Assembly: GCF_009914755.1 (NCBI RefSeq) | Contig: NC_060934.1 | From: the human T2T-CHM13v2.0 reference genome, Homo sapiens | Strand: one strand, 5' to 3' | DNA length: 64,000 bases | Shown here: positions 1 through 14,007 of the stretch, one piece after another | Position numbering within the stretch: position 1 is the stretch's first letter | Layout of the letters: every line of letters starts with the position of its first letter | Translations under genes and position numbers: made by a program | Notes under the pieces: generated by a model | What the model was told of the DNA's origin: nothing | The model's database searches: none | What the model saw: only the letters and a program-made list of their open reading frames with translations

Positions 1-19
1 TCTGCCTCAAAAAAAAAAA
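1..19 (+). mobile_element. Probable 3' end and A-tail of an Alu cut by the window edge
   Basis: tctgcctc followed by an A run resembles the Alu terminus (tccgtctcAAAA); very short. Confidence 0.5.
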
Positions 20-139
20 TTCAAAACTAATGAAAGATGTCTACACAAATCCAAAAAGCTCAAAGAAACTCAAGAAGGATCAATTTAAAAAAAAAAAACC
101 CACACAAAATTTAAACTGCTTAAAACCAAAGAGTATTTT

Positions 140-1780
140 ATAATGCTTAAAGTTTTCCATTTTGTTTCCTCTGTTCTGTGCTTACTTTTGTATTTTTTAG
201 TGGTTACACTAGAGATTATAACATGCATTCTTATGTTGTCATAGTGTACTTTGAATTAATGTTATCTAAATTAACAAGGCGATAATTTTATAACTATATA
301 TTTCATTTTATCTTCCACCAACCCTTTATAGTACTGTTAACACATATTTTATTTCTGCCTATATTTAAAACTCTGTAATATATTGGCTTTATATTTGCCA
401 ATTTACTTTTAAAAATAGGGAAAAAAGGCTTCTCATATCCACCTACATATATTTTTATTACTCTTTTTTCTTTCTTGATATCTTAGTTTCCATTTTCATG
501 TTAGGTGGGATCATTTCTGCATAAAATTATTTTAGTATTTTGTGTAGTGTGTTTCCAGGCATGATATACTGTCTCAGTCTTTTTTTCCTTGGTTTTAAAA
601 TATCTTCATGTTCATCCTCATTTGTGAAGAGTATTTTCTCTGTAATAAAATTCTAGGTTGATAGTTTTTTCTTTTCTTCCCAATACATTAAAGATAGTCC
701 ATTTATTCTGGCTTCTATTGTTTCTCATGAGAAGTCAACTGTCAATTTCATTGTTCTCTGATTTAATGTCTTTTCTGACTGCCTAAGAAGATCTCATCAC
801 TTTTAGTTTTCAGCTGTTTGACTATGATTGGCTTGGGTATAATTTCTTTTTCCATTTCTTTCTTTCTTATTTTTTTAGAGACAAGGTCTCATTTTGTCAT
901 CCAGGCTGGAGTGCAGTGGCACCATCATAGCTCACTGCCACCTTCAACTCCTAGGTTCAAGGGGTCCTCCCACCTCAGCTTCCTGAGTAGCTAGGATGAC
1001 AGATGCATGCTACTGTGCCCGGTAACATTTTATTTTTATTTCATAGAGACAGGGTTTCATCATCTTGTGCAGACTGGTCTCCAACTCCCGAACTCAAGTG
1101 ATCCTCCTGCCTCAGCCTCCCAAAATGCTAGGATTACAGGCATGAGCCACCATGCCCAGACAGGTATTTTTTTTTAATGTTTGTCCTGCTTGGGATTACC
1201 AAGTTTCTTGGCTTTCTGGGTTAATGTATTCATCCATTTTTGAAAATTATTGGTCATTATTTATTCTAGTATTGTTTTTGCCCCATTCTCTCTATCCTCT
1301 CTTTCTGAGGCTGAAATTAAGTGTATGTGAGACCATGTGATATCATCACAAAAATCCCTAATAGCTTTTTCTTTTATTCATTTATTTCCCCTGTGCTTCC
1401 GGTAATTTTTCAAACTGTTTACAAATTCTACTGTGTCCAGTCTTTTGCTACCCTATCCAAAGAATCCATTTTTTATAAACTATATTTTTAAGTTCTATAA
1501 TTTCCTTTTGATTAAAAAACAGTTTTGATATCTTTGTTGAAATAACTCAATGTTTTACTCATTTTTTCCAAATTTTCTTCTAAAGTTTTTAATATATTAG
1601 TACTTTTATGCTAATGTCCTTGTCATCCTTCCTCAGTTATGAGTTTTCTTTTTTCTGATTTTTTTAAAATTCATGGATCATACATTTCTCCCTCTTTGCA
1701 TATCTCATAATTTTATTATATAATAAACATCATGTATAAAATAATAGTAGAGACTAGAGTACTTATTATTTGGCCTCCAA
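140..1780 (-). mobile_element. Old L1M fragments, interrupted by an Alu
   Basis: T-rich, with L1M antisense-like motifs (aaaattctaggttgatagttttt, ttctggcttctattgtttctcatgagaagtca, gtttgactatga). Confidence 0.6.
850..1161 (-). mobile_element. AluJ-type SINE
   Basis: Antisense dimer (gagacaaggtctc...ggctggagtgcagtggc...ggattacaggcatgagccacc) with J-like catagctcactgc/ctcaagtgatcctcc and high divergence. Confidence 0.93.
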
Positions 1781-1959
1781 AAAGTACTTGACCTTTTCTC
1801 TGTCAGTTATCTAATAAGATAGACTATCTCTGATCTACTAAGAAGCTGAGCTGTGTCAAGGCTGGGTTACTTCAGCTCACCTCTGCATTTTAAATGTCTT
1901 AAGAATGGGATCAGCCTTCTCTCTCCAATAGGATTTTAAATCTAAGCATAGCAAGACTG

Positions 1960-1960
1960 A

Positions 1961-1995
<35 letters not shown>

Positions 1996-1996
1996 T
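1960..1996. repeat. (TC)n microsatellite
   Basis: Directly visible. Confidence 0.95.
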
Positions 1997-4099
1997 TCAT
2001 CTCCTTTCCACTGCTTCCAGTTCCTTACGCTGCTGCATATTTAAGGGAGAATTGGTCGGTGGAGAAAACTAGCTCTGAGTTTGAAGCTCCTCCATATTCC
2101 AGTCTGCCACGCCAGGCCTTGGGGAGCTGTTCAAAATCTAGCTGGTTTCTTCTTGTCCCAATATGGTTTCTTCTACCTACAGCAAGTACGCTTCCCCCTC
2201 TGCTCATGCCTTGAGTTTTTGCAAATGTTCTAGTAATCAAAGCAGTCACTGGTCCCTGCTCACCATTTGTATCCTTGTCTCACTCTAGAATTTTGTTTAT
2301 TTAGACTTCTCTGCATCCACAGATTTTATGCTTTTGAAGAAAAACATTTTTTTTTATCTAGGGTTTTCTTTTGTAACAGCAGGAATGGTGGTCTTTTGTG
2401 ACAATATAGAACTTTTCAGAAGCGCAGTTCTCTATTTCATCTTTCTTATTATTTTTAATTCCAATAACTTGATTACCCCAGATTCTCAATTTTAGGACTT
2501 AAGAATTCCTGAGCTGAGCAGCATATTTTCCTTGCAGTTCTGGGTTCAGCTCTAAAACAGGAGCATGTATAGATAGAACTCTATGTACGGTGCTTATAAA
2601 TTCAGGCCCTAGAACTCAACTACCTCTGTCCAAACCCTGAAACTACTACTTCCTAGCTACGGGCAAGGTACTTGCATACCCTAAGCTTGAGTCTTCTTGT
2701 TTATTCTTGTTTGTGCCATAAAGACAATGATAGTATATATCACATATGGTTAAATACACACACAAAAAAACACTAAGAACAACATATGGCACAAAGAAAA
2801 TAGTCAATAAATTCTGGCTATTTTTATTAAAAGGCAAGTGAAATTATGAAAGGCATTTGGTTAAACCTAAGATGAGATCTGCCTAGGTCTGGCCTATATC
2901 AACTATTGATTTTCTATGATTATCATCTTAATCTGTGCATCCATTTAGTAATTAATGATTCTCTTTGTTACTATTAAATATGAGGACTCAAATTGAAGGT
3001 CATCTCCTCCTAACCACTGACCTCCCTTGGTCTTATTAGCACCAAATCTTAGTTAAGAATGAGGTTGAGAATGAAATGCAAAACTCAGTGTGACAGTACC
3101 TCGTGGTGATGCAGCAGCTCAGAATGACAGTTTATTAGGCAGTTTGGAGTCGAATGGCAGCTTACTGCTGGTTGGACAGCTACCTACACTAATCCAGACC
3201 TTATAAGATTTCAAAGTAATTTTGGTTGCAGATATTTATTTTAAATTTACTACATAGCTAATGACAGGGATATTACATTTATTTTTTTAAGATAATAGCT
3301 ATTCCTTCAAGCAAATGATCAGTGTCCAACAAATCAGTTAGCTGACTCAAACGGTATTGCTTATATGAGGCTTTCCACTACCTGAGGCAGAAGAGAAAAG
3401 AATAGGATTAGGATCTAAAAGAGATTTGATGGCTGTGATTTCCACAATAGAAATGTTGACAGGTGGAATAAATAACTTCTAGAGAGCAACTTGTTAAACT
3501 GGGTTAAAAGAAGATCTGTATGAGTATGGCCCAGTCTGATGCCGTCTGCCAATCTGATTATATTTTATTACTCAGCTGAACTGTATTCCATGATTCAGTT
3601 TGCGGTTATCAAAAGGGGTCACAGCTGCAACAGCTCATATTTCCTGAACATATTTTGGCAGAAATTGTGGATTGTTTTAGGAGAATGCCAACTACTGTCA
3701 GAGATAAAGACAAAGGGCTTCTTTATAGTTATTTAACATTATCAAACTGTCAACCAAGGAAAGGCCTCCTTTGTGGGATTCCGGGATACACTTAGAGAGT
3801 CGTAGAATGTCCCCTCCACCAGAAAACCTTGGCTTTATATGCACAGGACTTCTGCATATGCGCCATGAAGTCCTGAAGTCCTTGTCTTTAAATCTAATTT
3901 CTCTGGGTAACTCCACCCTGTATTGTTTTGCGATCTCTCTCTTTAATTTCAGCAGTCTTCTCTGGGTCTTGTCATCATTCATTTTTTGTATATTCCTAAA
4001 ATTATTAACTCAGTTTTCTTTTTATTTTTCTAGCTACCTATTCCCACTCTGATCTGTTGTTTTCTAATTCTTTGACTTTTCTTTTTTCCCTAAGCAATA

Positions 4100-4665
4100 T
4101 TATGTCTTCCTGGCTTCATGTATTTACTTATCCAATCTAGATCTGATGGTTAACCAATTTCCTTACCTCCTTACTAGTGTCACCAATCCTACTTCTCCCT
4201 TTAGCTTTCAGCAGCAACTGTCCAACCATGGGTCAAGCTAACCCTTCACTTACTCTCTCCAGTACGGAGGCTGATGGTGCTGTTAGGATCAGTGATACCT
4301 AACAGAAATGCACAGTTTCTGGAGTCTAAAGCCAGTTTCAAATCCCATGGTCTTTACGGCAAACCTTCACCACTCTTCTCAAGTTCTTCCATATTTTATT
4401 GCCTGTATACCCTCCCACACATACATAGTCTACCAAAAACTGACCTCTTTTCTCCCAAAGAAATTACAAATTTCTAATTAGAAATTAAAAATTAGAAATC
4501 CCAAAACTCATTGCTTTCAATTTAGAACCTACCTGCAATGACTTATCTCTATGAGAAGCAACTTAACCATGTAATTTCAAGCTGGTCCATGAAGGCAGAG
4601 AAGCCTGTTTGTATCATGGGCTAAGTATGTGTCCTTCAGTAGATTATATGAACCATATATGTATA

Positions 4666-4701
<36 letters not shown>

Positions 4702-5170
4702 CAAAACTTTATATATATATAAAACTTAACATATTGCTTCCCAGTAAGTATTCTAAATAAATTTTTACTATAAAAATAATTTCTATTGTTACGTCTATAT
4801 TCATCCCTGCATCTTTCTCTCCTATTTCTGAAGAAGAGATGTTCCTTGTTCTATCCAAGACTAATTTATCTTTAAACTCAATACAATCTTCTCATGCTTC
4901 ATTGATATCATATTTTACCAATCTGTCTCTTGTAACCTGTATTTTTCAGTATCTCAGCACATAAACAAATTACACACACACACACACAATCTCACTGCTA
5001 CCCTATGTGCCCTTGTAACTCTAATCTTCTCTTTTCACAACTATGCTTCTATAAAAGTATTTTATACTCATATATTTCCCTTCCTCTGTTCCACTCCTAT
5101 CACTCCACAAAATAATACATTTGATAAAATAATCAATAACTTATAAGTTGTTAAGTCCATAGACAATTAA
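4100..5170 (+). mobile_element. Degraded L2 LINE fragment
   Basis: Pyrimidine-rich with L2-like motifs (ccttgttctatccaagactaat, caataacttataagttgttaagtcca). Confidence 0.5.
4655..4720. repeat. Compound (TG)n/(TA)n microsatellite
   Basis: Directly visible. Confidence 0.9.
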
Positions 5171-5184
5171 TGATAATTTTAGGT

Positions 5185-5320
5185 TACTATTTATTGAACA
5201 CATATACCTGGCATGGTGCTAAGCAGTTTTATACATATTTGTGCATTTAATCCTCACAACAATGCTAAGAGGTAGGTACATTATTCTACTATTATAGAGG
5301 AGGAAGCGGAAACTAAGTGG
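5185..5320 (-). mobile_element. MIR SINE
   Basis: tatttattga...catttaatcctcacaacaa...gaggtaggta...gaaact is the antisense MIR core. Confidence 0.85.
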
Positions 5321-5324
5321 AGTC

Positions 5325-5640
5325 ATCCATTCAGGCATCATCTCTTCACTGAGTGCACATTCTTGGATAACCACTGTGTTGTACTATGTAGGAACTTACA
5401 GTTTGGAGAGGGAGACAGATTGTAAACCGATTAGCACACAGTGCTATTATACCAATGAAGATGAAAGCTACAAAGGAAAAGAAGAATATTCCATGATTGA
5501 CAAAAACAAGAACCCCAGATAGAAGGTCAAGGGAGCTCTCTAAGGAGGAGCAGTTAAGCTGACAGCTAAAGATTCAAACATTCCTACTATGCAAACAGAA
5601 GTGGTAGAGGTCCAGGAAAAAGAGGTGTCATGTTTGGATC
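5325..5640 (-). mobile_element. L2 3' fragment
   Basis: cattc...ggaacttacagtttggagagggagacaga and ggaggagcagttaagctgaca resemble antisense L2. Confidence 0.5.
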
Positions 5641-5984
5641 AACCGAGAGTTTAGTCATTCTCAGGCAGGGTCTTCACGTTCTGTGTGGCTACTGCCTGCT
5701 CCTTGGCTTTCTTTAACCTGATAGGCTTAATAAGTTGTGTGCAGTCAACAGCTGGTAATCTAATGATTAATGAGGCTCAGAGTCTGAGATCTATGTGCTC
5801 TCTCAATACAATTTCAAGTATTTTCCCATCAGCACTTACCATTAGGTTTTCTCTCAAACCATCACCAATTAGCATAAAAGTTTGACTCATGTAAATATTG
5901 AGAAATGGTAGATTTTTCTTGGGAGATTTATGAATATGCATGTTAGAAGCTGCTCTTCTTTCAATGTGGCCTCCTGGAGAGAAT

Positions 5985-6235
5985 ACTAAACTGGAAGGTC
6001 AAAGCCCTGAGTTTTATTCTTGGCTTTGCCACTCACTCCCTCAGTGACCTTGGACAAGTTGCTTAGCCACTCTGCAGGCAACTGTTTCTTTGTTGATAAA
6101 GATGTGAGTAATGATAGCTGAAACCTCTTTCCATATAGGGAAGTTGTGAAGATTAATGAGATAGTGTTTATAAAGCACTCTGAACTCAAGGAAAAAAAAG
6201 CTGTATAAGTACAGAGTGTTGCTATTGTTATTCAA
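5985..6235 (+). mobile_element. MIR-family SINE
   Basis: gctttgccact...gtgaccttggacaagttgctta...gttgtgaagattaatgagat...aaagcact. Confidence 0.8.
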
Positions 6236-6772
6236 CAGAGTCTTTATTGAAAATTCTATGTAGACTTCTCAAAATCTGGAAAGGGTGGTAAAGTCAGAAT
6301 CTATGGATTATTTTATATGGCATCCACCTCTTTCCACCTCTGATAAATTGTGCACTGAATTCATCTCTATTCTATTTTCTATATATATAACCTTTTTTTG
6401 GATTAAAAAAATTTTGAAAATTCAAATGGTTTTAGAGGAAATCATCTTTGCTGGTTGTTGGTCAACCTGAGAAAAAGGGGAACCATTTAAGAGTAAATGC
6501 ATAAGACCCCCATTTTTATGGAAAGCTACTCAGGAGACAAGATACGGGTGATACTGATTAATGACAATTTCAATCTGGCCCTACATCCCCATCTCCCAAA
6601 ACACTAATTGAGCAATGAATTGGAAACCAAATTGCCTGCTCTCATTTTATTTCTTCTCCCTGAGCTTGAAAGTTCTTTCATGGAAGGGACTACAAGAAAG
6701 GAAGAAAAAACAAAAGAGGCAAGGATCACACCAATTCTCAGAGTCAACCTTGAATAATCAAGAGTTGACTCC

Positions 6773-7165
<393 letters not shown>

Positions 7166-8230
7166 TCATACATACCAAAAAGTGAGACTTACTGTCATTC
7201 CTTTCATTTGTATCTATTATGCTTCAAATATTGTGCTTTTCAGAGCTAGCTAGTCTCTTAAATGTGATACCTTAATATTCAGAATGTGTAGAATGTGGGA
7301 AAATTGATGTTCCTCTGAGAATCTCAATCCTGCATTAGCAGACTCTTTTGCATTTAATTTTGTCCCCTGTTTATATTAAAGACAGAAGAGGTTTCTTCTG
7401 ACACAAGGAATTTAAAAATGCATGTAGGTAAAGTCCTTTAGAGTCTCCTATATTTCATCTGCTTATTAGGGCCGGTGGGAACAGCTTTTTTTCCCAGATT
7501 TTAAAGTTCCAGATGATCCACAATTGTGCTGAATGCATTGACCTTATGGTGGATTTGTTTCTAGAAAAGAACTGGAACAAGTAATCTGCTAAATGCACCC
7601 AATTGACCTCAGCTTTTTAGAACTACTGATTATCCCTAAGATAAGTTAAACTTTAGGAAAGAATGTGTTGAGTTTTCTACACATATACAAATGTCTGAGT
7701 TTAGAACAATTCAGCCCAAATTTGGTTCTACGAAAACCTCCAAAATAAGCCCACATAATAATTTTTTTCTGTTTTTAATTAACATGGTAGCATGCTTCTT
7801 TAAAAAAATTATTGGAGATTTATGTTTTTAGGGTTCTTTAAGTGAGACATTAATAGTATTGCAAGACATTTCAAAATAATTTAAAATTATTCTTAAATTT
7901 TAGAAAATATGGCACATGACCTTTGTATTACTTCCGTTTTAGACCAAAGTTTTTCCCCAAAGGAGGAAGGATGAGATTGATGTACATTTTGACGACAATA
8001 AAAATGTACCAATTACACTTTTATTTCAGATTTGTGATAGACAAAACAGATATTCTCTGATTCCTTAACATCAGTGAAGAGCTACATCTAGGACCCAGAG
8101 TTTACAGTTTATCACTCCATTTAATCTTTCCACCATCCAATAGATTAGCCTTTCTACTACAGTCAGATCTTCTAATGTTGAAAGAAAGAAAGGGAGAAGC
8201 AGAGGAAGGGAGGAAAAGATAGATCAAACT

Positions 8231-8527
8231 TTTTTTTTTTTTTTTGAGATGGAGTTTCACTCTTGTCGCCCAGGCTGGGTACAATGGCGCGATCTTGACT
8301 CACTGCAACCTCCGCCTCTCAGGTTCAAGTGATTCTCCTGCCTCAGCCTCCTGAGTAGCTGGAATTACAGGTGCCCCCCATCACGCCCAGCTACTTTTTG
8401 TATTTTTAGTAGAGATGGGGTTTCGCTACTTTGGCTAGGCTGGTCTTGAACTCCTGATCTCAGGTGATCCACCTGTCTCGGCCTCCCAAAGTGCTGGGAT
8501 TACAGGTGTGAGCCACCGCTCCCGGCC
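8231..8527 (-). mobile_element. AluS-type SINE
   Basis: Full antisense dimer with T-tail; TSD core atcaaact at 8223-8230 and 8530-8537. Confidence 0.95.
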
Positions 8528-8909
8528 AAATCAAACTATTTTTTTTCCCCACCAGTTGTGCTATCAATGTTGGAAACTAAATCCTTTGTGGTAGATTGAA
8601 AATAGCTCCCCAATGATGTCCACAACCTAATCTCCAGAAATAGTAACATATTACCTTATATGGTAAAAAGGACTTGCTAGATGCGATTAAGTGAAGGATC
8701 TTGAGTAAGGGAGGTTATCCTAGATTATGCACGTGGGTCCACAGTGATCAAAAGGGCCCTTATAAGAAGGTGCAAGAGCATCATTGTCAAAGAGAAAGAA
8801 TAAGTAGGGACAGAAATGGAGGTTAAAAAGGAGGTAATATGCTACATTTCTGGCTTTTCAAGATGTAGGAAGAGCCACGAGTCAAATGATGCAGGCAGTG
8901 TCTAGATTA

Positions 8910-9469
<560 letters not shown>

Positions 9470-9753
9470 CTCTAGAAGCTGGAAAAAGCAAGGAGATGGA
9501 TTCTTCCTCATTGCCTCCAGGGAGAACGAAGCCTTGCTGTCACCTTCAACTTATCCCAGTGAAACTGATTTGGGACTTTTGGCCTCCAGAACTATAAAAT
9601 CATAAGTTTGTGTTGTTTTAAGCCACTAAACTTATGGCCATTTTTTTACAGCAGCAATAGAAAACTAACACACCATTGAAAAGGTGATCTTGCGCATGTG
9701 AATCATGTTTCAAATGGTTAGTGAACAAAGTGTCCCTAGAGTGCTATGAATGA

Positions 9754-9782
9754 GGGGGGCGGGGGGGGGGCCGGAGTAGGGG
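9754..9782 (+). repeat. G-run (G6-C-G10), G-quadruplex-capable
   Basis: Directly visible. Confidence 0.7.
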
Positions 9783-10439
9783 CAGCAATCTCCACTTTGA
9801 CCCTCTTGGTGTAGAGACAAGCAGACTGCACTGCCCCAGAACATATTACCCAATGGCTGCAATTCTGAATGTGGGCTGGTGTGCCTTGGGAAAGGGATAG
9901 GAACCTGCTGTGTGTGGAACTAAAAGGCTCTTAGTAAACAATAGACCCACCTTCCCTAACAGTCCCATACTCAGATTGACATAAACCAATAATCATTATG
10001 CAACTATGTCAGGTCTCATTTTTGGTGTTTTAAATAGGATTGATATGACAGTAGCGTTCTAGAAAATAGATCCTTAGAAAACAAGAATATTTAAAGGGAA
10101 GGCATAACGCAGAATGAGTAAACTGTGTAGGAGAATACATGTTATGGGGTGAGAGAAGCAGATGCTAAAGAAAAATACCTCTAATTGAAACAAAAATCAT
10201 GTACACATAAAAAAGCACAAGTACAAATTTTGAAAATATTTCCTAAAAGACTCACCAAAACCAGTTTTTAATGGTTCCCAAAATATTTTGGTGTGGCTTA
10301 CCATAATACTTCATAATCATATCAAATTTCAGCTAAATGTTACATTACCAAATTGTCGAATTAAATTTTACATTGTTCCCTGAAAGCTTTATGAAGGTAT
10401 TTCATTAATACCATTGACCCTCGGCATGGTACAGAAGAA

Positions 10440-10632
10440 AGAGTACAAGATCTAAAAGCACACAGCTGCCTTGTGTCTTTGGACAAGTGACATAATTTCC
10501 CTGGGCTACAGTTATCTAATTTATAAAATGAGGGTTGCAAAGTCTCCACTTCATAGGATGTTAAAAGCCTTACAATAAATAATGCCTATAATATTTCTTT
10601 TAAAATCTGACACAGAGGCCACTAAATGTTCC
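10440..10632 (+). mobile_element. MIR SINE
   Basis: tgtgtctttggacaagtgacataat...cagttatctaatttataaaatgagg...cttcataggatgtt. Confidence 0.7.
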
Positions 10633-11140
10633 TCTCAAAAGACTTCAGAGGTCAATAAAAGAGCTTAATGAGATTACAATAATATAAGTCAGGTGGGCAG
10701 GAGCAAGGACCTGAAATGAAACTTATTCATTGAGCCAAGATGGGGACATAGGAGAGAAGTGATCCAGCTACAAATACCCAAGGGCCATGCAATCTGGGAA
10801 TCTGAGTGCTTTTTCCAAGGCATCTTCTCATGATGTTCACTTTCAGTCCAGGCAAGCAATTGACACTATGGAATCCAAGCTGATAATGAGTTTGGAGGTA
10901 TAAACAGGTTGGCGAAGTACAATGTAGAATGTCTACCCATCAAGAAAGGGTACCAGCCAGGACATAAGACAAGAACCAGGCAGCTTCTCATAAAGAAAAT
11001 TGGGAAAGACAGACCAAGGCTAAGTCCAATTATAATAACTGGGACATGTCAAGGGGAGCAAGGGTTGGGTCAGAGCTCAGGAACTAAGTGAAAGCTCATT
11101 TATATCCGGGTCAGGAGAGAGTAAGGGAACCTAAAATCAA

Positions 11141-11300
11141 GGCTGGGCACGAGGCTCATGCCTGTAATCCTAGCAGTTTTAGAGGTCTAGGTGGGAGGAT
11201 CGCTTTAGGTCAGGAGTTTGAGACCAGCCTGGGCAGCATAGCAAGACCCCATCTCAAAGAAGAAAGAACGAAAAAGAAGGAGGAGAAGAAAATAAATACA
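11141..11300 (+). mobile_element. FLAM/AluJ left monomer
   Basis: Single monomer (ggctgggcac...gggaggatcgctt...cagcatagcaagaccccatctc) with degenerate A-tail. Confidence 0.9.
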
Positions 11301-11384
11301 TAAAATACAATCAGGTAAAAATCCTTCTGTCCAGCCAGGATTAGTCTAAGTAACAAGGAAAAGTATCCAGTCTATTGGTAGTAT

Positions 11385-11880
11385 CAAGGAAAAATTATAC
11401 TGATCAGAATTAGGCAAGAAAAACGTTATTCAAGACTATTACAATATGGGAGATAGATTAAACTCAACTCTGCTCAAACAAGATGGGAGCACTGTGTTGG
11501 GATGAGCTAGAGGAAAAGTACTAGAGGACATTAAAGAGGAAGTTAGTCAACGTGATTAGACTTCTTCTGTTTGCTAATTGGTGCTATGGAAGTTAGGCTC
11601 CTACCCTCTCACAGAGACTGAGAGACAAGGACACTATCTTTCGTGATGATTACCATTCAAAGGCATGTCTCCTAGGTCCTTGAGAAAGATATTCCTGAGT
11701 TATAAAACTGGCAGGACTTTGGGAGAAGACTTACATCTCAGAGGGGCAGAGAAAGAATTTACAATTCCAAGTTTTCTAAAGTAAATGCTCTAAGGAAAGT
11801 AAGGTCAGAGGTCTATAGTCAGATAGAAATCTGTCTAAAATTTGATAAAGCTGAGGGGAACATGAAGGCCCTCTTGGAGA
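11385..11880 (-). mobile_element. ERV1-class solo LTR (MER67/MER31 group)
   Basis: gtttgctaattgg...aagttaggctcctaccctc...ggtccttgagaaagatattcct...agttttctaaagtaaatgctctaag match the recalled antisense consensus; subfamily uncertain. Confidence 0.7.
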
Positions 11881-14007
11881 GTAAACAAAATATAACTACA
11901 ACTATGGGACTTTTAAGGATAGTTCCAAAACAGACCTGAATGCCCAATTCCAATATGGTGGACTACAAAAAATTGGAGTCATCTTTTTGGTATCTGGTAG
12001 TGGCAAAGCAAAGGTTAAATACAGAAGACGTGGTTCCCTTTTGTTTTCTTCAAAGGACTACCCTACTGCCTTTCTAAGGCTTTTTAAAAAAAATCCCAAT
12101 TCACATCATTCTAAAAGTAAAAGGGGGCCACTTAACAGTAATTCCCAGGGTTTATTCCTCCAACTGTGAAACCTCTGGAGCTCCTTTCATTTCCTTCAAG
12201 GTCTCTTCCTCCTTCCAACTATTTCTAGGAGCCCCTGAGGGTCTGTTATATGTACTCACAGACAAATCCTTTCAGCTAGCAACAGGCATCTCCCTCTCTC
12301 CTTCCCTCCTGCTCTGAGTTCTTTAGTGCTCTTGGAGCTGAGCCCTTGTCCTTGCTCTTGCTGGAGGTCCCTGTCAAGATAAGCCCAACCCAATGTCACC
12401 CCTTGTTCCAGTGTCCAGCATCCTCAAGCTTGGCTGGCACTGCCTCTGGCTGCTGCTGAAGCTGAGTGACACAGATACTGCCCAAAAGGATGCAGCTCTC
12501 AGCTCTGAATGCAACTGGAGTCAGTGGTGAGAATACTGTGCTGGAATCCAAGGTGGTCAAATACCCAATGCCCAGGGGGAAAGAATGCCTCACTTTTGTT
12601 GTAGTCTAAAATCCTTTTGGTTTCCAGTGACTCTCGCGAGCTTGCAAGAAAATAGCTTATTCAGTTTACTCAAATGGTTCACCCCTTTCTAGGTCTCAAG
12701 GTCAATTGGCTTGGGAAAATATAAGCAACAAACAACATCTTGTATTAAAATTTACCCTGCTCTCCAATGGCTGAGACACCTTATTAGCCAAACTTAATAT
12801 GCAAGTCTCTCTCTTCCCTCAACATGGGATCTTTCCCAAGAGGCTACTCAGCTCCTCATGCAAATACAAAACTTGTATTTGGTATTTGTATTAGAAATAC
12901 AAATACACTTCCAGGGCCTGACCTATGAGTCTTCCTTGTTTACCCAGACAAGTCAAACTACTGGTGGTATTCTCAATCTATGCCAGCAATGAGCTACTCA
13001 AGACCCAGGTAAATAGAGGCAGCCCGGATGGAAGAATAGCAAGAGGACCTTCTGTTGCCACAATGGTTGACTATTTGGTTACCTTTAGTGCCTAGAATTC
13101 AGTGTTAAGTTTCAAACTGGCATTCTTCTTCTCAGCTGAGTAAGTAACTTTAGGTGGAATAAAATATACACTGCTTTTCCACGGTACTCAATAAACCTAT
13201 TATCATTTTGAAATTTGAGAAAAAAATAAGTGTGTCTCTTGAACTGCTTTATTTTTCCAAAAGTCGTTCTTCTACAAAAATTGTACCCATCACTCATTTA
13301 GAACCAAATGTCCTTTGTCCACACTTCTATATTTCCTCAGAAGACTGATTCTTCTAATCAGTTTGGGGACAAGGAGAGAAAATGCAATAACATGATTCCA
13401 CCAGGTTATTACTGTAAAAGGCAGGAGGGCATTGGCTAGCGTGGGCACCATCCTCAGCTAAGCATGGAGTAACTTACAAGCAGAACTAACTGAAGACACT
13501 CATGCAACTCAGATACAAGAATGAAGGAACACACGGACAGTAAAGTTTCCTCCTGAAACCCACTTTTCCTTAGTTAAACTGGACTCTTCCCTTTTTAAAA
13601 TTCGGATTGCTAGCCTGGATGAAAGAATTGCATATTCAGATTTTTCACCCTAGAAGAAGAAAAAGTATCCTAAAAACAACATACTTTTGATTTTTAAGAA
13701 CTTTTTCATTGTTAAGAATGAAACAATTGTTTGAGGGAAAGTTAATTTTCTATAGAATTAGAAGAGACTGTTGAAAATAATTGCTGAAGGATGTATTTGC
13801 TCAAAAGTTACTCCTGATGTCTGTAACAAAATCTAGAACATAGTAGATTCTCAGTAAATAATAAATGCATGCTTAGATAAGTGAATGAATTTTAGGACTT
13901 AAAAAGAGAAAGAGCTTTTTTATTTAATAAACAAGATTCATGGTCTGGGGGCAGCTCTGCATTCTGTTCTGTTTCTCTACTTTTCTAACCTGGAGTTGGT
14001 TATATAA

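Noticed and set aside
3698-4052. Overlapping 94-aa (-) and 93-aa (+) ORFs in unique DNA
   Set aside because: No recognisable domain or exon context; lengths are within chance expectation for 64 kb in six frames.
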